Shown here: positions 53,317-64,000 of the stretch, piece after piece
Layout of the letters: every line of letters begins with the position of its first letter
Position numbering within the stretch: position 1 is the first letter of the stretch
From: Eledone cirrhosa
Taxonomy: Eukaryota
Direction: 5' to 3'
DNA length: 64,000 bases
Assembly: GCA_964016885.1 (NCBI GenBank)
Contig: CAXHJY010001555.1
Location: 38,891-102,890, forward strand
Made by a program: the position numbers and the translations under genes
Notes under the pieces: model-generated
What the model was told of the DNA's origin: nothing
Databases searched by the model: none
Seen by the model: only the letters and a program-made list of their open reading frames with translations

Positions 53317-53652
53317 CAGTTTGAACACAAACACACACAGACACCCGGATGTGGCGCATGCGCAAACTGAGCACGCAACCCACACACAAACAAAATGGCG
53401 TAGGATAGAAGAAAGGAAAGGCACAGAAACGAAGAAAGAAATCCCCAGTCACTGAAGAGGTCACAGAGTGTGTGACGAAAGAACTATGACTATATATATA
53501 TATAAACAACTATCTGGTTGTGGAACCAACCAACCAACCAGAAATTTATAAATTTGTAAATTTATAAATATATATTAAATTAAATTGAAGTGAAAGCAAC
53601 TGGTGCGTGTGTTTCTTATTGGCAACATGACCCTCCCAAAGTATAACAATAT
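53317..53652 (+). mobile_element. Solo pLTR of the 5805-6320 family
   Basis: Matches about 6025-6262 and ends atgaccctcccaaagtataacaata. Confidence 0.85.
53447..53491 (+). ncRNA. Type I HHR, intact
   Basis: agtca-CTGAAGA-g-gtcaca-gagtg-tgtgac-GAAA-gaac-TA-tgact. Confidence 0.75.
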
Positions 53653-54118
<466 letters not shown>

Positions 54119-54247
54119 GGAAAGTTATATTTAAATTGTTGGGTTACAACTAGTAAATATTTATAACTGATATAAAAGCACTCAACAAGTATTTGGATTA
54201 TATTTACGATATTATATAAATGGAAACTATATTTATAAAACCATATT

Positions 54248-54313
54248 TATTTCATTATATATATTTCAGGGATATCATATTAACAATATGTTATGCCTTC
54301 TTCAGACAAAATA
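54248..54313 (-). ncRNA. Type I HHR with (UA)n helix III
   Basis: Reverse complement of 57008-57073. Confidence 0.75.
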
Positions 54314-55145
54314 CAATATAGACAGTTTTATAGATAAATAGATTTGACATACCGTTCAACATCGACTTGTATCCGAAAAAGTTGATTTGGCAGTGAAAAA
54401 TTGTAAACAGAAAGAAAGAAAGAAAGAAAGAAGGAAAGAAAGCAAGAAAACGAAGAAAAAGAAGAAAAAGAAGAAATGCATGCAACAAAATAGAGAGATG
54501 GAAAGATAGATAAAGAGAAGAACTTCATGTAAAGAAACAGAGAGAGATATATAGAGAGAGGAAATAGATAGAGATAGATATATATAGAGAAACGTAGGTA
54601 GTTGAACGACGTATCAATGATACATTTATTTATTTATTTATTTATTTAGCTCTAGTATTAATGTAAGGGAGATATATGTGGTTAGGAAAGAAACCAGCCG
54701 TCATATAGAGAGAAAAATGAAAAGTAACCAGACATAGGCGAGGCTGAATTTAAAAACCCTATGTTTTAATCTAGAAATATTAGTTCGTATAAAAACCAGG
54801 CACTATAATGTAAATATCAGTATTCCTGAATGAGACACGTATCTATAATGTGTGAAAAGTAATGATCTTATGTCTAGTTTTAAAAATTCATATGTTTATA
54901 TGATAACTACAAACATCGATGTGAATTACGTGATCAACTCTGCAAACCCTATTTCACACGGAGAACATTCTCATTTTGCTATAAAAATTTAAGTATACAT
55001 ATATGTGTATATATACACATATATATAGAGTCTATATTAATTTCAACAATACTATTCTTGTCTTTACTCTACATGATTATCTATCAAGCAGAAATAGAGG
55101 ACAGATTTCAATATATTAATAAAAATATCAGAAACAAAAACAAAA

Positions 55146-55178
<33 letters not shown>

Positions 55179-55664
55179 CAAATAAATAAAATAGAAAACT
55201 AAAAAATATTACATATTAAAAATGAAAATATTAAAAATATTAAAAAAAAAATATTAAAAAATATTAAAAAATATTAAAATAATAAAAATAAAAACATAAT
55301 ATGCCACGCAAATCGACCACAAAGATCAACCCTTCAAAATTAATTGACAATATATTGCCAAGTTCATTATAAGCATCAGAGTCGAAAACAGATAAAGCTA
55401 AAAATTATTTACCAAATCGCGTCTAGCAGAAATCATTTCAAAAGTTTAGGATGCCCATTTGGTCTACATATGTTCTTATATTTAATAGAGAAGTTTATTT
55501 AGTGTAACGTTTATTCGATATATTTGGAGCATCAACTTTTAGGGTAGTTTAATTTTTCATGAAGAATGTTAAAATAAAAATTAAAATAAAAAGAAGAATA
55601 AAAAGAAGAAATCGAAAGATTTATCGGCTAGTTTCCCAAATAATTACAAATCAAACTAAATATA

Positions 55665-56654
55665 CTACATTTTAAATTTAAATTTATATTTAAAAGTTGA
55701 GTTCAATCTATGTTTGCAGCAACTGAATAAATTTGTCCGTAGATTAAGGGAATTTTTAGATTTTAGTATAAAGAATATCTCCTCCGCGCAGAGGTCACAT
55801 GTCTCAGAGGATGAATTAAAAGGAATCCCTCTTGAGACTATATTCCAAGCCGTCGAATATCTAACGTTATCTTGCCTAAGTTGCCAGAGTACGCCTGATA
55901 GTGCTGTTGAAGATTTTTTGCTTGGATCTGTGAAAGAATTCTTGTGGTTATTATAGCGAAGTTTAAATTCCGTCGATGTGGAACCGACGTAGTTAAAAGA
56001 ATTAGAGTTCGTTTTAACATTACAGTTGTATACTATATTTTTAACTAAGCAGTTGTTATTTAACGGACATTTAGATCTATCTCTACAGTTACATTTGTTA
56101 ACTTGTATATTATTTATGCTATTATCGCTAGGTTTTAAGTTCCTATTATTTATTCTATTAATATTTTGTGCTAAATTTTTGGTGGATGAGTAGGTTAATT
56201 TTATAGTATGTCTATTGAAAATTGAGTGATACCTATGTGTTCTAGGGAAGCGATTATCAAGAGCTTTAAAAAATAGTTTAGCGATGTGGGTTTTAATGTT
56301 TAGTGAGAAGGGGGGGGGGGGGGGGGCAAACCATATTATGTTCCTAGTTCTATTTCTTGTTTGGCTTTTGGAATTATTGTAATTCTTTCTATTATAGTTG
56401 TTAAGGTTGTGGCCGTAATTAAAATAGTTGTTATTTTGTTTACTTTGTCTATCATTATCTATGTACATAATCTTATCACTATATCCTGCTCTAGCTAACG
56501 CTTCATTGTAGTACTGGGCTTTTTCGTCGAAAATCTTTCTATTAGACGAGATTCTAGAGATACGTTTTTGAACAGAGTTTACTATAGTGTTTTTGACAGA
56601 TCTGGGGTGGTTAGAGTTAAAGCTGACATAGTTTAAGTTTTCTTTCCTAACCAC
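55665..56654 (-). CDS. Uninterrupted C-terminal part of the PLE ORF (thumb, CxC linker, GIY-YIG); the RT core is missing
   Basis: NYVSFNSNHP; RNIIWFAPP; IFNRHTIKLTYS; CNCRDRSKCPLNNNCLVKNIVY...YVGSTSTEFKLRYNNH; CDLCAEE; CKHR. Confidence 0.88.
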   Translation of the reverse strand: MVRKENLNYVSFNSNHPRSVKNTIVNSVQKRISRISSNRKIFDEKAQYYNEALARAGYSDKIMYIDNDRQSKQNNNYFNYGHNLNNYNRKNYNNSKSQTRNRTRNIIWFAPPPPPFSLNIKTHIAKLFFKALDNRFPRTHRYHSIFNRHTIKLTYSSTKNLAQNINRINNRNLKPSDNSINNIQVNKCNCRDRSKCPLNNNCLVKNIVYNCNVKTNSNSFNYVGSTSTEFKLRYNNHKNSFTDPSKKSSTALSGVLWQLRQDNVRYSTAWNIVSRGIPFNSSSETCDLCAEEIFFILKSKNSLNLRTNLFSCCKHRLNSTFKYKFKFKM

Positions 56655-57007
56655 ATATATCTCCCTTACATTAATACTAGAGCTAAATAAATAAATAAAT
56701 AAATAAATAAATGTAACATTGATACGTCGTTCAACTACCTAGTTTTCTCTATATATATCTATCTATTTCCTCTCTCTATATATCTCTCTCTGTTTCTTTA
56801 CATGAAGTTCTTCTCTTTATCTATCTTTCCATCTCTCTATTTTGTTGCATGCATTTCTTCTTTTTCTTCTTTTTCTTCGTTTTCTTTCTTTCTTTCCTTC
56901 TTTCTTTCTTTCTGTTTACAATTTTTCACTGCCAAATCAACTTTTTCAAAACAAGTCGATGTTGAACGGTATGTCAAATCTATTTATCTATAAAACTGTC
57001 TATATTG

Positions 57008-57073
57008 TATTTTGTCTGAAGAAGGCATAACATATTGTTAATATGATATCCCTGAAATATATATAATGAAATA
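57008..57073 (+). ncRNA. Type I HHR with (UA)n helix III
   Basis: tattttgt-CTGAAGA-agg...cct-GAAA-tatata-TA-atgaaata. Confidence 0.75.
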
Positions 57074-57112
57074 AATATGGTTTTATAAATATAGTTTCCA
57101 TTTATTTAATAT

Positions 57113-60397
<3,285 letters not shown>

Positions 60398-60402
<5 letters not shown>

Positions 60403-60454
60403 TATTTCGGGGATATCATATTAACAATATGCTATGCCTTCATCAGACAAAATA
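60398..60454 (-). ncRNA. HHR truncated at helix III, running directly into the (TA)n array
   Basis: Minus strand tattttgt-CTGATGA-agg...ccc-GAAA-tatatat, then array sequence. Confidence 0.65.
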
Positions 60455-61634
60455 CAATATAAACAGTTTTATAGATAAATATATTCGACATACCGTAATA
60501 AACATCAACTTCATTTGAAGAGGTTTACTCTAGCAGTGAAAATACAGAGAGAAAGAAAGAGAGAAAGAAAAGAGGGAAAAACGAAAGAAAGAAAGACAAA
60601 ACGAAGAGAAGGAAGAAAAAGAAGAAAAAGAAAAAGAAGAAATGCATGGAACAAAATAGAGAGATGGAAAAATAGATAAAGTGAAGAGCTTCATGTAAAG
60701 AGACAGAAAGATATATATATATATAGAGAGAGAGGAAATAGAGATAGATACATATATATATATAGAAAATTAGGTAGTGGGAGGTCATTTTGAGTAAGTG
60801 TATCAATGATACATTTATTTATTTATTTATTTATTTATTTAGCTCAAGTATTAATGTAAGGGAGATATATAGAGAGATATAGAGAGATATAGAGAGAGAA
60901 AAAAATTTTAAAATATCCAGACATATTCGAGCGTAGAAAACCCTATGTTTTAATGTATTAGTATTTATAAAACTTACACTACACTGTAAATATCAGTATT
61001 CCTGAATGAAACAAGTATTCACAATGTGTGAAAATTCATTATCTTATGTTTAGTTTTAAAAATTCATATGTCTATGTGACAGATACAAATCTCAATGTGA
61101 ATCCAACTGATTCACTCCACAAACTCTAAGTTATCGGAAAACATTCTCAATGTGGTATAAAAATTTGAGCGTATCATTATTCTTGCGATTACTCTACAAG
61201 ATTATCTATCAAGCAGAAATAGAGAGCAGATTTCAATATACTAATCGAAAATATATATTATATTATAAACATAATAATAAGTAAAAATATAGAATAGAAA
61301 ACTAAAAAATACTACGAAAGAATATTACATAATAAAAATATTGCATATTAAAAATACTACGTATTAAAAAATATTATGTATTAAAGATTTACATATAAAA
61401 ATTTACATATAAAAATATACATATAAAAATTTACATATAAAAATTTACATATAAAAATATATAAAAATATTTTCTTCCTTCTCTTCGTTTTGTCTTTCTT
61501 TCTTTCGTTTTTCCCTCTTTTCTTTCTCTCTTTCTTTCTGTCTGTATTTTCACTGCTAGAGTAAACCTCTTCAAATGAAGTTGATGTTTATTACGGTATG
61601 TCGAATATATTTATCTATAAAACTGTTTATATTG

Positions 61635-61700
61635 TATTTTGTCTGATGAAGGCATAGCATATTGTTAATATGATATCCCCGAAATATATATAATGAAATA
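61635..61700 (+). ncRNA. Type I HHR with (UA)n helix III
   Basis: tattttgt-CTGATGA-agg...ccc-GAAA-tatata-TA-atgaaata. Confidence 0.75.
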
Positions 61701-61830
61701 AATATGGTTTTATAAATATAGTTTTCCATTTATTTAATATTGTAAATATACTCCAAATATTTGTCGAGCGCTTTTATATCAGTTATAAATATTTACTAGT
61801 TGTAACCCAACAATTTTAAATATAACTTTA

Positions 61831-64000
<2,170 letters not shown>

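Larger units (their letters stand above)
54119..57112 (-). mobile_element. 5'-truncated Hydra-like PLE with an inverted about 460-bp pLTR copy at its 5' end
   Basis: About 54215-54690 is inverted at about 56645-57105. The tail 54119-54215 is present only on the left. The EN ORF lies inside. Confidence 0.9.
60398..61830. mobile_element. ORF-less PLE derivative (subfamily of 54119-57112): long minus-oriented 3' UTR arm and short inverted arm with tail
   Basis: 60400-61350 is similar to 54257-55230. About 61470-61690 is the reverse complement of 60400-60617. Tail 61730-61830. Confidence 0.85.

Overview
AT-rich, microsatellite-laden animal genomic DNA. The SINE families and repeat landscape point to an octopus or other coleoid cephalopod (inference). 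I found only one host coding exon (25030-25186, minus strand), which resembles the start of the ALK/LTK glycine-rich extracellular region, so most of the window is probably intronic. The rest is a dense nest of retroelements sitting in (TA)n tracts. It includes at least three groups of Penelope-like elements (PLEs: RT plus C-terminal GIY-YIG, all disrupted), a 5'-truncated L1/Tx1-type LINE, four 3' ends of a CRE-like RLE LINE, many tRNA-derived SINEs and kilobase-scale complex (TA) arrays. Reading the non-coding DNA by eye gives about 20 type I hammerhead ribozyme (HHR) motifs, intact or degenerate. The best candidate for an undescribed system is an ORF-less array of apparently identical 466-bp units, each carrying an intact HHR (49649-51299), which looks like a retrozyme or circular-RNA replicon. 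Other notable signals are HHRs whose helix III is (UA)n like the target DNA, HHRs with 90-nt helix II regions, and asymmetric inverted pseudo-LTR (pLTR) structures. Almost all long ORFs in the supplied track are microsatellite artefacts. All structures were derived by eye; no folding or database searches were run.
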